Source: an uncultured Candidatus Poseidoniales archaeon
GTDB taxonomy: Archaea; Thermoplasmatota; Poseidoniia; Poseidoniales; Poseidoniaceae
Reading direction: 5' to 3'
Assembly (NCBI GenBank): GCA_902520595.1
Contig: CABYOM010000004.1
Coordinates: 1 to 59,047 of the forward strand
DNA length: 59,047 bases
The position numbers and the translations under genes were made by a program. The notes beneath the pieces are model-generated. The model had not been told where the DNA came from. It searched no databases and saw only the letters and a list, made by a program, of their open reading frames with translations. Positions 28,155-38,812 of this stretch are shown here, piece after piece (positions within the stretch are counted from its first letter, which is position 1; every line of letters starts with the position of its first letter).

Positions 28155-29912
28155 ATGGCTGGCTATGATATATCCGATGTTCCAACCGTTGAACTGTCTG
28201 ATTCTGAGCAAACCTTACTCACTGAACTCGGTGCCGATTCAGTGCAATCACAACTTATGGCTGAAGCAATAATTCAGGTGAGTGAAAAAGACGAAATCAT
28301 CGGTCCAGTTTCCAAAATCTCTGCGCACAGAGATGCTGGTGCTTTACACCGGGCGTTCAGTGTACTTCTTTTTGATTCTGAAAACCGTATGCTCCTTCAA
28401 CGCAGGGCTGATGATAAAGTTACATTCCCTGGAGTTTGGGCGAACTCTTGTTGCTCTCATCCACTGCACTCAGAATCTGAACTCATCCAAGAAAATAACC
28501 TTGGCGTTAAGAATGCAGCCATTCGAAAAATGGAGCAAGAACTCGGAATTTCTCCCGATTCACTTTCAACAGATGATTTTCATTTTATGACAAAAATGCG
28601 TTACTCTGCACGTATGAATGAAACTTGGATTGAGAGAGAAGTCGACCACATCTTAGTTGCCAAAGTCGATGTCGAACTCAAGCCCAATCCAAATGAAGTA
28701 TCAGAAGTTGCCTGGGTCACCTTTGAGGAACTTGAAGAAATGCTGATTGAACAGGATCCACAAAACGGTTCAATTGCTCCATGGTTTCGATGCATTGCAG
28801 CGCTCATCATGACTAAAGAATGGTGGGAGGCTGCTGGAAACAGTTCTGCGTTAGCCGAACTTGCTGATGACAGAATCCATGACATGGGTGACGTCACACA
28901 CATGCTCCCAGATGCTGAAGGTGCGGGCCTCAATGTTTCAGTTCTTGAGGTCAAGCCTTTGGTTGAACAGCGAATCATGGATAGCCTCATGGCATCACGC
29001 CACGAACGGTTAGCTGATGCTATGACCCACCTCATTCACGGTGGAGGAAAACGTCTTCGTGCTACTCTTCCTTGGCTAGTTGGTAAGGCGGTAGGTGATA
29101 CACACTCAGGTATGCTTGACGTGGGTGCTGCAATTGAAACGGTCCACAATTTTACATTAGTCCATGATGATATTATGGATGATGATGAAGTCCGAAGAGG
29201 TAGGAATGCAGTCCACATTGAATTTGATCTCGCTACTGCAATTAACGCTGGCGATGCTATGCTTGCTATTGCTTTCGAAAGTTTAGTACAGGCGGAAGGT
29301 CTGGAAGATAAGGATGTAGCTCCACTTGTCAACAGAATAGCTTGGATGGTTCGAAGAGTCAGTGAAGGGCAGCAAATGGATATCGAATTTGAAGAAGAGC
29401 TGGCCGTTTCCGAAGAAGACTACATCGAAATGATTGAAGGAAAAACCGCAGTCATGTTCCTTACATGTGCAGAAATAGGAGCTCGAATGGCTGGTGCAGA
29501 CCAAGAGATCATCGAGTGCATGGCAGACTGGGGTCTAGCAGTGGGTCTCTGTTTCCAATTGATGGATGACCTAATCGATGTTCTCTCGGATTCAGATGTC
29601 CTTGGCAAGCCTGCCGGTTCGGATATTGCCCAAGGCAAACGCACACTGATGGTAATACATGCCCTCTCACAACCGGACAGTGACGATAAGACCACTCTGC
29701 TTGCAGCCTTAGGAAAGGGTGAAGATGCTGATGCTGAATCAATTCAAAATGCACTCATTGCTCTCGGTAATTTGGGTTCGATTGATTATGCAAGGAAAAG
29801 GGCTGTTGAATACCATGCAAAAGCACACGCATGCCTCGATAGAATCCCGAAAAGTCCAGCAATGCGTGCATTGCGTGAACTTACTGATTTCCAATTGAAG
29901 AGAATCAGTTAA
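28155..29912 (+). CDS. type 1 IPP isomerase fused to geranylgeranyl diphosphate synthase
   Basis: IDI1: LHRAFSV, TFPGVWANSCCSHP, W.E.EVDH. Prenyltransferase: GGKRLR, FTLVHDDIMD..RRG, GQQMD, KT, FQLMDDLID. Confidence 0.9.
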   Translation: MAGYDISDVPTVELSDSEQTLLTELGADSVQSQLMAEAIIQVSEKDEIIGPVSKISAHRDAGALHRAFSVLLFDSENRMLLQRRADDKVTFPGVWANSCCSHPLHSESELIQENNLGVKNAAIRKMEQELGISPDSLSTDDFHFMTKMRYSARMNETWIEREVDHILVAKVDVELKPNPNEVSEVAWVTFEELEEMLIEQDPQNGSIAPWFRCIAALIMTKEWWEAAGNSSALAELADDRIHDMGDVTHMLPDAEGAGLNVSVLEVKPLVEQRIMDSLMASRHERLADAMTHLIHGGGKRLRATLPWLVGKAVGDTHSGMLDVGAAIETVHNFTLVHDDIMDDDEVRRGRNAVHIEFDLATAINAGDAMLAIAFESLVQAEGLEDKDVAPLVNRIAWMVRRVSEGQQMDIEFEEELAVSEEDYIEMIEGKTAVMFLTCAEIGARMAGADQEIIECMADWGLAVGLCFQLMDDLIDVLSDSDVLGKPAGSDIAQGKRTLMVIHALSQPDSDDKTTLLAALGKGEDADAESIQNALIALGNLGSIDYARKRAVEYHAKAHACLDRIPKSPAMRALRELTDFQLKRIS

Positions 29913-30366
29913 TGGTGACGATTTCTTCAGTAACAAGTTCTCCACCTTGAATCACCTTGGCATACCAACGTGCTGAAGACGGGTACTTTTTCACTGAAAT
30001 CCGCATGAAATCATCATTTGTGAACGAATCTTTGATTGTTCGGCATGGTGGAGCGTCAGAAGTGATCTCTAAAATTACAGTCTGAAAGTGGAACTGGGTA
30101 CCAACCTGTACTGAACTCCAATCTATTCCCTTAAGCAATACATTTTCACCTACTGAGCCAGGAAAAATGGGGTGACCTTCATTCGAAAGTTCAGAAAGTA
30201 CTTCCGAACTGAAGATACAAACTGCCCGATTCGGTCCACCATGATGTTTCAAATCATTTTGCTTATCGCCATTACAACCCTTTTCATGAACAAGTAAATT
30301 GGACACCTCCAATTTTGGAACACCGCCATTGGGTGCGACAAATAGGCCCACAACTGAGCCACTCAT
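29905..30366 (-). CDS. MOSC domain protein (YiiM-like)
   Basis: GD.Q.D.KHHGG..RAV, PGSVGEN, PC..I, YAKV..GG. Confidence 0.85.
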   Translation of the reverse strand: MSGSVVGLFVAPNGGVPKLEVSNLLVHEKGCNGDKQNDLKHHGGPNRAVCIFSSEVLSELSNEGHPIFPGSVGENVLLKGIDWSSVQVGTQFHFQTVILEITSDAPPCRTIKDSFTNDDFMRISVKKYPSSARWYAKVIQGGELVTEEIVTIN

Positions 30367-30371
30367 GCTTC

Positions 30372-32579
30372 TCACTCAGCGTAATAGGATTCAGGGTAAG
30401 GTTCTGGTTTGAGCCCTTTACGTGTTCGAATTTGGCCTACGACCTTGTCAAACAGTTGAGGGGGAAGCATTTCGAAACCGAGATTCTCAGTGTTCCATAC
30501 TGCACGACCCTGAGATGCTGCTCGAATATCGTTGGAGAAACCAAAGGTCTCTGCAATCGGAAGAACACCGACTACAGTTGTAACTTCACCTTCTGATGGC
30601 ATGTCTTCGATAATTCCTCTTCGGTTAGTGACCTCGCGAGTTACTTGACCAAGCCAGTCGTTTGGAACTGATACGAACGCCTTCTGCATAGGTTCGAGAA
30701 GAACTGTTCGTGCTCTCATCATTGCACCCTTAATCCCGTTGCGAACGGCAGGAATTGTTTGGGCAGGTCCACGGTGAATTGCGTCCTCGTGAAGTTTTGC
30801 ATCTACGAGTCGGACAAACATTCCTTGAACGGGCTCATCAGCGATTGGACCCTTCGAGCACACACCATTGAATGCTTCAATAATCAATTCACGAGTTTCG
30901 TGAAGACCCTGAATACCCTTGGTATCATTCACGAGAACATTGGAACCATTGATAGCGTAAATTTTGCGCATCAAATCTTTGTCCATTCCGAGTTCACCGA
31001 ACTTACGGCCGACTTCCTTTGCGTCATTCGGTCGAATGGTTCCTGAGCCAAGATCTCCAGCACGGAGAGCTGCGACAACTTCAGGAGTGAGGGCTTCAAT
31101 TTCAAAGAAGAAACGGTTGTGACGGTTTGGTGATTTACCTTCAAACGCATTTCCACGATTGCTACCTTGAATACCTTCACGATAAACAACAATAGGTGGG
31201 CTTACGCTCACTTTGATGTTCTGTTCTTCTTCAATTCGGTAAACGGTAATCTCCAAGTGCAACTCTCCCATTCCAGCAAGCAGAGCTTCACCGGTTTCTT
31301 GGTTGGTTGTGACTTGAAGAGATGCGTCAGCCTTGGCAAGGGAACGTAGAGCGTCAATGAACTTTGGAAGGTCCTTCATACTCTTAGGCTCAACTGCAAC
31401 GGTAACAACAGGATCCGAGTAGTGCCGAATTGCTTCGAACGGAGTGAAATCTTTGTCACGTGAGAGGGTTACACCTGCTGCTGCGGAGCGAATACCGGTA
31501 AGAGCAGCGATGTTTCCTGCAACAACCTTTGGAACAGTAATTCGGTCTCCGCCGACCATCATGCTCACTTGCTGAACACGCTCGGCTTTTGCAGCACCGA
31601 TAGCGAAAACTGATTCACCCTGAGATATTGCTCCTGAATAAATTCGTCCAACAGCGACTTCACCAGCGTGTGGGTCCATCCAAATTTTGGTAATCATCAT
31701 TGCAAGTTCTGCTTCAGGGTCACAATTGACCATTGCTTTACCAATCTCAGAATCGAGGTCGCCAGTCCAAATGTTCGGGATACGGTAGGGTTGTGCCTCA
31801 ACAGGTCCAGGAAGTTTTGTAACTGCCATGTCCAAGAGAACTTCATGAACAGGCGCCTTAGATGCGAGCGTCTTTTGATCCTCGTTGTTACAGTATTCGA
31901 AAATTTGAGTCATCGACACCCCGGACTTTTTCATGTAAGGGATGGTAATACCCCAGTTGTGGTATGCACTACCGAACGCAACTGTTCCGTCCATAACACT
32001 GACTTGCCAACTTTTCTTGAATTCTTCAGGAGCGAACTGACCAATAAGTCGGTTCACTTTTTTGATGGTTTCAGTGAATCGAGCCATCATGTCTTCAGGA
32101 GTCACTTGCAATTCGTTAATCAGTCGGTCGACTTTGTTAATGAAAAGAACTGGCTTGACCTTTTCTTTGAGAGCTTGACGAACGACAGTTTCGGTTTGAG
32201 GCATTGGTCCTTCTACTGCGCATGCGAGAATGAAACATCCGTCAACAGCACGCATGGCACGGGTAACGTCCCCACCAAAGTCAACGTGACCTGGTGTGTC
32301 GATGAGATTGATGAGATAGTCAATTCCATCAACTCCGTGAACCATTGAAGCGGATGCTGCGTTAATGGTGATACCACGCGCAGATTCTTGCTCATCGAAA
32401 TCTAAAACACGAGCTGCACCGGCAAGATCACTGGACATCATTCCAGCACCAGCGATGAGGTTGTCAGACAACGTAGTCTTTCCGTGGTCAATGTGTGCAG
32501 CAATACATAAATTACGAATTTGAGGCAAAATATGCATGACTTCGGTTGCTTTGTTAATGTTATCTTCCTTTCGGCCCAT
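30372..32579 (-). CDS. fusA: translation elongation factor 2 (aEF-2)
   Basis: AHIDHGKTT, RGITI, DTPGHVDF, NKVD, GMGELHL; diphthamide loop LHEDAIHRGPAQ. Confidence 0.97.
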   Translation of the reverse strand: MGRKEDNINKATEVMHILPQIRNLCIAAHIDHGKTTLSDNLIAGAGMMSSDLAGAARVLDFDEQESARGITINAASASMVHGVDGIDYLINLIDTPGHVDFGGDVTRAMRAVDGCFILACAVEGPMPQTETVVRQALKEKVKPVLFINKVDRLINELQVTPEDMMARFTETIKKVNRLIGQFAPEEFKKSWQVSVMDGTVAFGSAYHNWGITIPYMKKSGVSMTQIFEYCNNEDQKTLASKAPVHEVLLDMAVTKLPGPVEAQPYRIPNIWTGDLDSEIGKAMVNCDPEAELAMMITKIWMDPHAGEVAVGRIYSGAISQGESVFAIGAAKAERVQQVSMMVGGDRITVPKVVAGNIAALTGIRSAAAGVTLSRDKDFTPFEAIRHYSDPVVTVAVEPKSMKDLPKFIDALRSLAKADASLQVTTNQETGEALLAGMGELHLEITVYRIEEEQNIKVSVSPPIVVYREGIQGSNRGNAFEGKSPNRHNRFFFEIEALTPEVVAALRAGDLGSGTIRPNDAKEVGRKFGELGMDKDLMRKIYAINGSNVLVNDTKGIQGLHETRELIIEAFNGVCSKGPIADEPVQGMFVRLVDAKLHEDAIHRGPAQTIPAVRNGIKGAMMRARTVLLEPMQKAFVSVPNDWLGQVTREVTNRRGIIEDMPSEGEVTTVVGVLPIAETFGFSNDIRAASQGRAVWNTENLGFEMLPPQLFDKVVGQIRTRKGLKPEPYPESYYAE

Positions 32580-32726
32580 GGAATCACCCGTGACTTCTCG
32601 TCAATAACGGCCACCGGAAAGGGGTTCTTAAGTAACTCGCAACGAACAAACGGTTCGGGTCGACAGTGAGCGAAAAAAGGTTTTCTCAGACACTGGATGA
32701 TGGCACAAAAATCGCTTGAAATGACT

Positions 32727-33362
32727 TCAGCGAGCAGAAGCAGCGATGCGTTCCAATTCTTCCTTCTTTGCGACTGCAAACGAAGTAGCGTCACCAGAAG
32801 ATGCCTTGGAGATTTCATTGATGACACAGTTGGTCAAGGTTCTCTTTGATTTGTGAGTTCCTTGTTGAGCACCTTTAGCAAGGTTGCGAAGAGCGACATC
32901 GAGGCGTCGAGAAGGTGAAGAATCAACTGCTTTGGGTTGTGAAACTGCACCGAACTTAATTCGAGTGATTTCTTCCATTGGAGCAGCATTGCAAATAGCA
33001 TTGACAAAAATCTGAAGTGGGTTTTCTCCGGTCTTTTCTGCGATCGCATCAAGAGCAGCTTCAAATGCCTTCATTGCGCCCTGTTTCTTTCCGGTGTAAG
33101 GTCCGGTTCGCATGAGTTTGTTGATGTAGCGTTCTACGACAGATAGCTTTGCTTTACCAAACCATGCGTTTGCGTGTCGACCACCAGTGTGCGGGACTCC
33201 AACTGTTGTGAGATTGATGTAAGGAGCAAGTCCAGGGTCTTTACAGGTTATCGCTGATGCATCCCACTTACCAAAGACGAGCGTTCCAATACCGGCAATA
33301 GGTCGAACGTCTTCAACAACAACTTCGTCTTGTTCTTCTTCGACCACTTCTGACTCTGACAT
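32727..33362 (-). CDS. rps7: 30S ribosomal protein S7 (uS7)
   Basis: VPHTGGRH, ENPLQ, AVD.SP.RR.D.ALR, KKEELERIA.SAR; S12-S7-EF2 order. Confidence 0.96.
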   Translation of the reverse strand: MSESEVVEEEQDEVVVEDVRPIAGIGTLVFGKWDASAITCKDPGLAPYINLTTVGVPHTGGRHANAWFGKAKLSVVERYINKLMRTGPYTGKKQGAMKAFEAALDAIAEKTGENPLQIFVNAICNAAPMEEITRIKFGAVSQPKAVDSSPSRRLDVALRNLAKGAQQGTHKSKRTLTNCVINEISKASSGDATSFAVAKKEELERIAASAR

Positions 33363-33373
33363 ATTCGAACACC

Positions 33374-33802
33374 TCAGCGGATTGGCTTTTCTTTTCGGCC
33401 ACGGACCATTTCGTTCAAAGAAACACCATTGACTTGAATGACTTTGTATCGGACACCAGGAATGTCTCCGTATGAACGACCCATGCGTCCACCGATACCC
33501 TCAACCATCACTTCGTCGTGTTCATCGATGAAGTTGATTGCACCGTCGCCAGGGGCGAAAGCTGTGAGTTTGTTACCGTTTTTGATAAGTGAAATCTTCA
33601 CTGCTTTTCGGATACCGGAATTCGGCTGTTTCGCCTCAATACCGACTTTTTCAATCACGATACCCTTTGCTTGAGTAGAGCCCGCAAGAGGGTCGTGTTT
33701 TGCTCGAGATTTGAGCATACGCTTCTTGTATCGGCGGTCTGACCAGCGAAACTTTTGACGGTCCTTTGCCATTTTAGCACCTGCGAAGAGTCCTCTACCC
33801 AT
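33374..33802 (-). CDS. rps12: 30S ribosomal protein S12 (uS12)
   Basis: [32 protein letters not shown]. Confidence 0.97.
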   Translation of the reverse strand: MGRGLFAGAKMAKDRQKFRWSDRRYKKRMLKSRAKHDPLAGSTQAKGIVIEKVGIEAKQPNSGIRKAVKISLIKNGNKLTAFAPGDGAINFIDEHDEVMVEGIGGRMGRSYGDIPGVRYKVIQVNGVSLNEMVRGRKEKPIR

Positions 33803-34003
33803 CATAATCACCGCATTGAAGCACTCTGCCGACTTGAATCCCCTATTTAAAACGACCCTCAAAGCCTGCGTAGACGGGTCGAAGAAATATGCTAATTATA
33901 CAGTGAAATCTTTCAAACAGAACTCGGTAAAATCAGCCCATATAGTCGAAATTCTGCATGTCTGTTAAACAAGGTTCAAGCGTTGAGTTCATTTCGCAGA
34001 AGC

Positions 34004-35275
34004 ATGGCCTTTCGCGACCACCTCGGTGCAGCCACCGTAGAATCCAACCCTGTAAGCCTCATTCATGGAATGTGGGAGCACTCTCGAGCGAGTCACCATG
34101 ATCTTACTTTATTCGACAATATTCTTGAAAGCCCCGGACAGCGTGCAGCAATCAACATTTTGACTCGTGAACGGTTGTGTGAAGCGATAGGTATCACGCC
34201 AGAGGAATATATCGATACGTTAGGCTGGGCGATGAATAATCCAAGTGAACCGATTATTGTTGACGCATCTGAAGCCGAGTGTTTCGAAAATCTACAGGAG
34301 ACTGTCGACATTACGAAACTGCCTATTCCTCATCACTGGCCGCAAGATAGAGGCCGTTATTCTTCTGCGAGTGTAATTATTGCAGAAGATAACGGAATTA
34401 GAAACATGTCGTTCCACCGCCAATTTGTCCGCGATCCAAATCATTTGGTCGTGCGTCTTGTGCCACGACATCTGCGAACAATGACTATGAATGCTCGAAA
34501 GGAAGGTCGAGAAGTCGATATTGTAATTGTCAATGCTCCAGACCCTGTCGTTTTACTTGCTGCTGCTATGTCGTTTGATGAAAACATTGATGAATTAACA
34601 ATCGCAGCTGCCCTTCACGAGAAATTGTATGGTAAGCCACTGCGACTGACACGTATGCCAAACGGAGTTCTTGCTCCTGCAGATGCGGAATTTGTTCTGT
34701 GGGGGAGAATTACAAACGAGGATGATGATGAGGGCCCATATGTCGATATTACCGGAACTGTTGACGATGTTCGCCAAGAGCCGGTAATCGAAATCGATGG
34801 TGTCATCCATCGCGACAATCCAATTTTCCATGCCCTCATTCCAGGAGAAGCAGAGCACAAGACTCTGATGGGACTCCCTCGAGCTCCAACAATCAAGGCT
34901 GCTGTGAGTGAAGTTTGCGAGTGCATCGATGTCCACATGACCGAGGGTGGATGTGGTTGGTTAGCCGCTGTCATCAAGATTCGTAAAACTCGTGCAGAAG
35001 ACCCGCTTCGCGCCATTGAGGCGGCCCTTGCTGGGCATAGAAGTATGAAGATGGTAACAGTTGTTGACGAGGATATCGACATCGGAGACCCTGTTCGAGT
35101 CGAGTGGGCTATGGTCACTCGTTGGCAACCGGACAAAGATACAATTATCCTATCAAATCAAAAGGGTAGCTCACTCGACCCTTCTCGAGACTCCGACGGA
35201 CTTACAGCAAAAGTTGGTTTTGATGCTACTTTGCCTTGGGGCGTTGACCATGATGGATTTATGTCTGTTCAATGA
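34004..35275 (+). CDS. UbiD family prFMN-dependent decarboxylase (archaeal type)
   Basis: NMSFHR, VPRHL, AEFVL.G, EGPYVDITG, GGCGWL, VVDEDID, VEWA..TR.Q, GSSLDPS. Confidence 0.88.
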   Translation: MAFRDHLGAATVESNPVSLIHGMWEHSRASHHDLTLFDNILESPGQRAAINILTRERLCEAIGITPEEYIDTLGWAMNNPSEPIIVDASEAECFENLQETVDITKLPIPHHWPQDRGRYSSASVIIAEDNGIRNMSFHRQFVRDPNHLVVRLVPRHLRTMTMNARKEGREVDIVIVNAPDPVVLLAAAMSFDENIDELTIAAALHEKLYGKPLRLTRMPNGVLAPADAEFVLWGRITNEDDDEGPYVDITGTVDDVRQEPVIEIDGVIHRDNPIFHALIPGEAEHKTLMGLPRAPTIKAAVSEVCECIDVHMTEGGCGWLAAVIKIRKTRAEDPLRAIEAALAGHRSMKMVTVVDEDIDIGDPVRVEWAMVTRWQPDKDTIILSNQKGSSLDPSRDSDGLTAKVGFDATLPWGVDHDGFMSVQ

Positions 35276-35320
35276 ACATCTTAGCGAAGAAGTTGAATGT
35301 AGGGAGACGGTGTGCAGGTC

Positions 35321-36328
35321 ATGACTGGGGAAAGTGCAGACCTTTTGCAACACCCACGTCGCAATTTAGGAAACCGTTACCGAACACAGGCTCAAAAATT
35401 TGTTCGACTTGCTTCCAAAGACCCTGAACGATTTGAAGATAATCTAGCATGGGCTGAGCAAAATGCTCGCCAAGCTCTTCTCCATGATTTTACCGACGAG
35501 AGGAATTGGCGATGTTTGGCTGACATCAAAGTCGTTAACGGTGATGGATTAGGTCTATGTGCAGTGCTTGAAGATATCTTTGTAGTCTTGGGACGGGATG
35601 CTGAGCAAGTCGAACAATTGAAAGATGTCGACTTTCTAATGGTTGGTCTTGAATTACTCGAAGCTGCATTCGCTCGAGACCCTCTTGACCCAGATTCATG
35701 GTGGTCGACATTTTCAGATTCGGTTTCACTCGAAAAGGAGCTTGAAGATTTTGCTGAACGGTGTAGACGTTTAGATTTCAGTGACCAGCGAGCAAACATC
35801 GTTTATGGACGTCGATTGGAGCGTTTACGTTCAGGTGGCCATGAGGACTTGTTCATTGAACTCTCTCGCCACCTACTCGCTCACCGACCCAATAACCATG
35901 AACTCTGGATGGAACTAGGACGACTCTATGAGCGCAGGAATGAGATGGATGAAGCATGGTCGTGTTATGACCACGTGCAACAACTGCAACCTCATCAGAA
36001 TCCTCGAGACTTGTTTTTGCAACGGATTACTGGGCGAATGATGGGCGAAGAAGAGAAACCCTGGACCTCGCCGAGTATCGAAAAGCGCTCACAATTCTTG
36101 GAACAAATGCTTCAACTTTCACAACGGATATCATCTGCCGATGAACCGACGGACGAAATCACTGAACCGCTGGAAGAAAAGATTGCAATACATCCTGATT
36201 TGAACCGTTTGCAATCACTCATCGAAGCCGGGGATTCGTCTGAAGCATTCTTTTTGGCGCGTAGACTCGTATCCCAGGGTGAGGATTGGGCTGAAGAGTG
36301 GGTCCAAAAAGCCAAGGAAAACTTCTGA
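35321..36328 (+). CDS. TPR-containing hypothetical protein
   Basis: P.NHELWMELGRLYE...EAWSCYD..QQLQP TPR motif; helical protein. Confidence 0.7.
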   Translation: MTGESADLLQHPRRNLGNRYRTQAQKFVRLASKDPERFEDNLAWAEQNARQALLHDFTDERNWRCLADIKVVNGDGLGLCAVLEDIFVVLGRDAEQVEQLKDVDFLMVGLELLEAAFARDPLDPDSWWSTFSDSVSLEKELEDFAERCRRLDFSDQRANIVYGRRLERLRSGGHEDLFIELSRHLLAHRPNNHELWMELGRLYERRNEMDEAWSCYDHVQQLQPHQNPRDLFLQRITGRMMGEEEKPWTSPSIEKRSQFLEQMLQLSQRISSADEPTDEITEPLEEKIAIHPDLNRLQSLIEAGDSSEAFFLARRLVSQGEDWAEEWVQKAKENF

Positions 36329-36337
36329 GGTGATGGT

Positions 36338-36742
36338 GTGAATGACAACCAGAATCCTGTATTTGTTCTCGCGTGGGTAACTCTTGAAGGAGAACAAATG
36401 AAAAAACTTGGAGATGGAGGGAAAGTTGTCTTTGTTGAACATCCTGAGCGGGGTTGGGAAATACCAGGTGGTCACCTGGAACAAGGCGAAACACCAGAGC
36501 AAGCATTGCTTCGTGAACTTAAGGAAGAAACTGGGATTGATGGAATTATTCGACATTGGAATAAGGAATACTATCCAAAAGGCTGGGTTGCACACGTCAC
36601 AACACAGTTGGCAGAACCCAAAGAATGGCTCGTGAATGACGAGAATGTTCGAACGGTAAAATGGTGGGAAGAAATCCCTCCCTTAATCGAATGGACTCGT
36701 GAAGAGTTCAGTGACTTAACCGAATGGTGCTCTAATCTATAG
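36338..36742 (+). CDS. NUDIX hydrolase
   Basis: Nudix box GGHLEQGETPEQALLRELKEETG. Confidence 0.9.
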   Translation: MNDNQNPVFVLAWVTLEGEQMKKLGDGGKVVFVEHPERGWEIPGGHLEQGETPEQALLRELKEETGIDGIIRHWNKEYYPKGWVAHVTTQLAEPKEWLVNDENVRTVKWWEEIPPLIEWTREEFSDLTEWCSNL

Positions 36743-36743
36743 A

Positions 36744-37808
36744 TTATATCATCGTCAATGTAGCTAAGCGAACATTCCAGAGTGACTTCAGTTCACCATC
36801 TTCAATACAATTTTGCACAATAGCGACAAGCATCGGGTCTTCAATTCCATCTGGATCTTGAATCAATGATTCAAACCGTTCGAGTTTGTCAAGTCGGTGT
36901 GCAAGACTGACCATTGCCCGTAAATCTGGCCGGTCATCACCCGTGTTTTTTTCCGGGAGATTCGAACAACACCAATCAAACACATCATGAAGATCTTCGG
37001 GGTGAACCTTGAGTTCTCTGGGCTCTTCCCCAGCATCTCTTGGTTTTGCGTTCTCAACTTGGATATGCATTTTATCGGCAGATGCATCACTTGAATTGCT
37101 TGCAAAATCCAAAAACAGGGCTCCGCCCTCAATGGCCATACCGATTTGATTCGCTTTCAAAGCATGTGCGTGCGCATTCCATGCATGACGAACCGAATCG
37201 AAACTATGACCAAGTGCGGCACAAATTCGACTGGCTCCAAGTCGGGACAATGCTACAGTTTCATCAGCATGCCCTCCATTGCGAGGAATATCAGAATAAA
37301 CAGTGAGTGCCATAAGCGGTTCACCACATGCGGTATGAAGCGCAGCCTTGTTGATGAGTGAAAGGTCGTGATCACGACTTGCGAGAGCCACAGATTTCAA
37401 ACGTGTTTCTGCCCAAGTTAGATGTTCTTTTGCAGCCTCTGTATCTCCGAGCTCATATTTGGCTAGGCCAAGTTCCATGCGAAGACGCCCCTCTAAAGCC
37501 AAATCTCGCGTGTCTGGATGTCGGGCAATATCAAGTGCTTCTTCTATGGCTTGCTGGAGGCGTGTATCGCCTAACATTCGACGGCGAACAAGTGACAAAG
37601 TGGCTTTTTCTGCGGGTGATAAAACCGTATCGATAAGCGCCAGCAATTCAGCAGCATCCAAAAAAAGAGCGGCTTCTGCTAATGGTAACCATGTGGACCA
37701 ATTCATCTCTTCACGCCACTCTTCGAGTGTGGCCATATCGACCGGTCCCTGTTCACGCCAGCGAGAAATGAAGTAACCAGGTGCGTGAGGAACCTCGATT
37801 TCCGACAC
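36744..37808 (-). CDS. hypothetical helical (TPR-like) protein
   Basis: 354-aa ORF, last gene of the minus-strand superoperon; GTG start overlaps the DHH gene stop. Confidence 0.65.
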   Translation of the reverse strand: MSEIEVPHAPGYFISRWREQGPVDMATLEEWREEMNWSTWLPLAEAALFLDAAELLALIDTVLSPAEKATLSLVRRRMLGDTRLQQAIEEALDIARHPDTRDLALEGRLRMELGLAKYELGDTEAAKEHLTWAETRLKSVALASRDHDLSLINKAALHTACGEPLMALTVYSDIPRNGGHADETVALSRLGASRICAALGHSFDSVRHAWNAHAHALKANQIGMAIEGGALFLDFASNSSDASADKMHIQVENAKPRDAGEEPRELKVHPEDLHDVFDWCCSNLPEKNTGDDRPDLRAMVSLAHRLDKLERFESLIQDPDGIEDPMLVAIVQNCIEDGELKSLWNVRLATLTMI

Positions 37809-38812
37809 TATTCATCACTCCTTTTTATTGTGGCAACAAGAGCAATAAATGAAGATTCTGCTGCAATTCGGTCGACCTTTCCACTCCATCCAGCTGCACC
37901 ATCATGACCTCCACCTTCTCCACCAATCTGCTCAGCAACAGTGGCCATTATTTCTCCAAGATGAATCCCCTTCTGTGTGGTATGTCGAGATGCTCGAGCA
38001 GTTAATCTCGTTTGCCCATCACGGAAGCGACTTACCAAGGCAATCTCAGCGCCTGTACCAATCAACAATCCGGCTAAACGGCCTTCAAGTGTCCCTGAAT
38101 ACGTATGAACGATGTTCCAGGGGCCCGAATCAACAGATGTCGCACGGCCAAGTCCTCGAAGCAGACTGCCACGTTCACTGGGTGTAGTTGTTTCAGATTC
38201 GACAAACTCGACGAAGGAAGCGTAGTCCAAGTCTTCTCCAGTTAAGACCCCAACAGCCGTTTGAAAAGCCCCTTTGTCTGCATGACGGAATCGCCCAGTA
38301 TCGGTGAGAAGTCCAGCCAGAAGCATCTTCCGAACAACCAGCGAACGTGATTGAGGAGAATATGCATTGAGGTAAGAATCTACAATTTGAGTTGTCGCAC
38401 GCACATCCCATTGCAAGAGAAGGTCGCCATCGTTTAATTCCCAATCACATGTAGAATGGTGGTCGAGAATGCATACAGGCACATTCGGTGGCAGATCGAG
38501 GCCTACCTGTCCTGAAGCAGCAGCATCAACAACGATAATCCCCCCAAGGGTCTTTGGCCAGACCGTTTGGTGTTCAGATAACTTTCGAAAAGGTGCTTGA
38601 AGCGATTCAACCATTCGTTTAGCAGTTCGGCCCAGATGTAAGCCGCAAGCCATCATGTTAGAGTGGACTGAGGAAAGAGCGATTGCAGAACCAATGGTAT
38701 CCATGTCACCGTTTTTTCCCGTGACCACTGGAACCGCCCCTTTCGAGCACGCTTCGCTTAACCAGTTATGGAACGCTTTGAGCTCTGATACCTGCGTATC
38801 GTTAAGATTCAT
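37808..38812 (-). CDS. DHH/DHHA1 family phosphoesterase
   Basis: DMDTIGS, VVD, ILDHH, TDTGRF, GGGHDGAAG. Confidence 0.88.
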   Translation of the reverse strand: MNLNDTQVSELKAFHNWLSEACSKGAVPVVTGKNGDMDTIGSAIALSSVHSNMMACGLHLGRTAKRMVESLQAPFRKLSEHQTVWPKTLGGIIVVDAAASGQVGLDLPPNVPVCILDHHSTCDWELNDGDLLLQWDVRATTQIVDSYLNAYSPQSRSLVVRKMLLAGLLTDTGRFRHADKGAFQTAVGVLTGEDLDYASFVEFVESETTTPSERGSLLRGLGRATSVDSGPWNIVHTYSGTLEGRLAGLLIGTGAEIALVSRFRDGQTRLTARASRHTTQKGIHLGEIMATVAEQIGGEGGGHDGAAGWSGKVDRIAAESSFIALVATIKRSDE

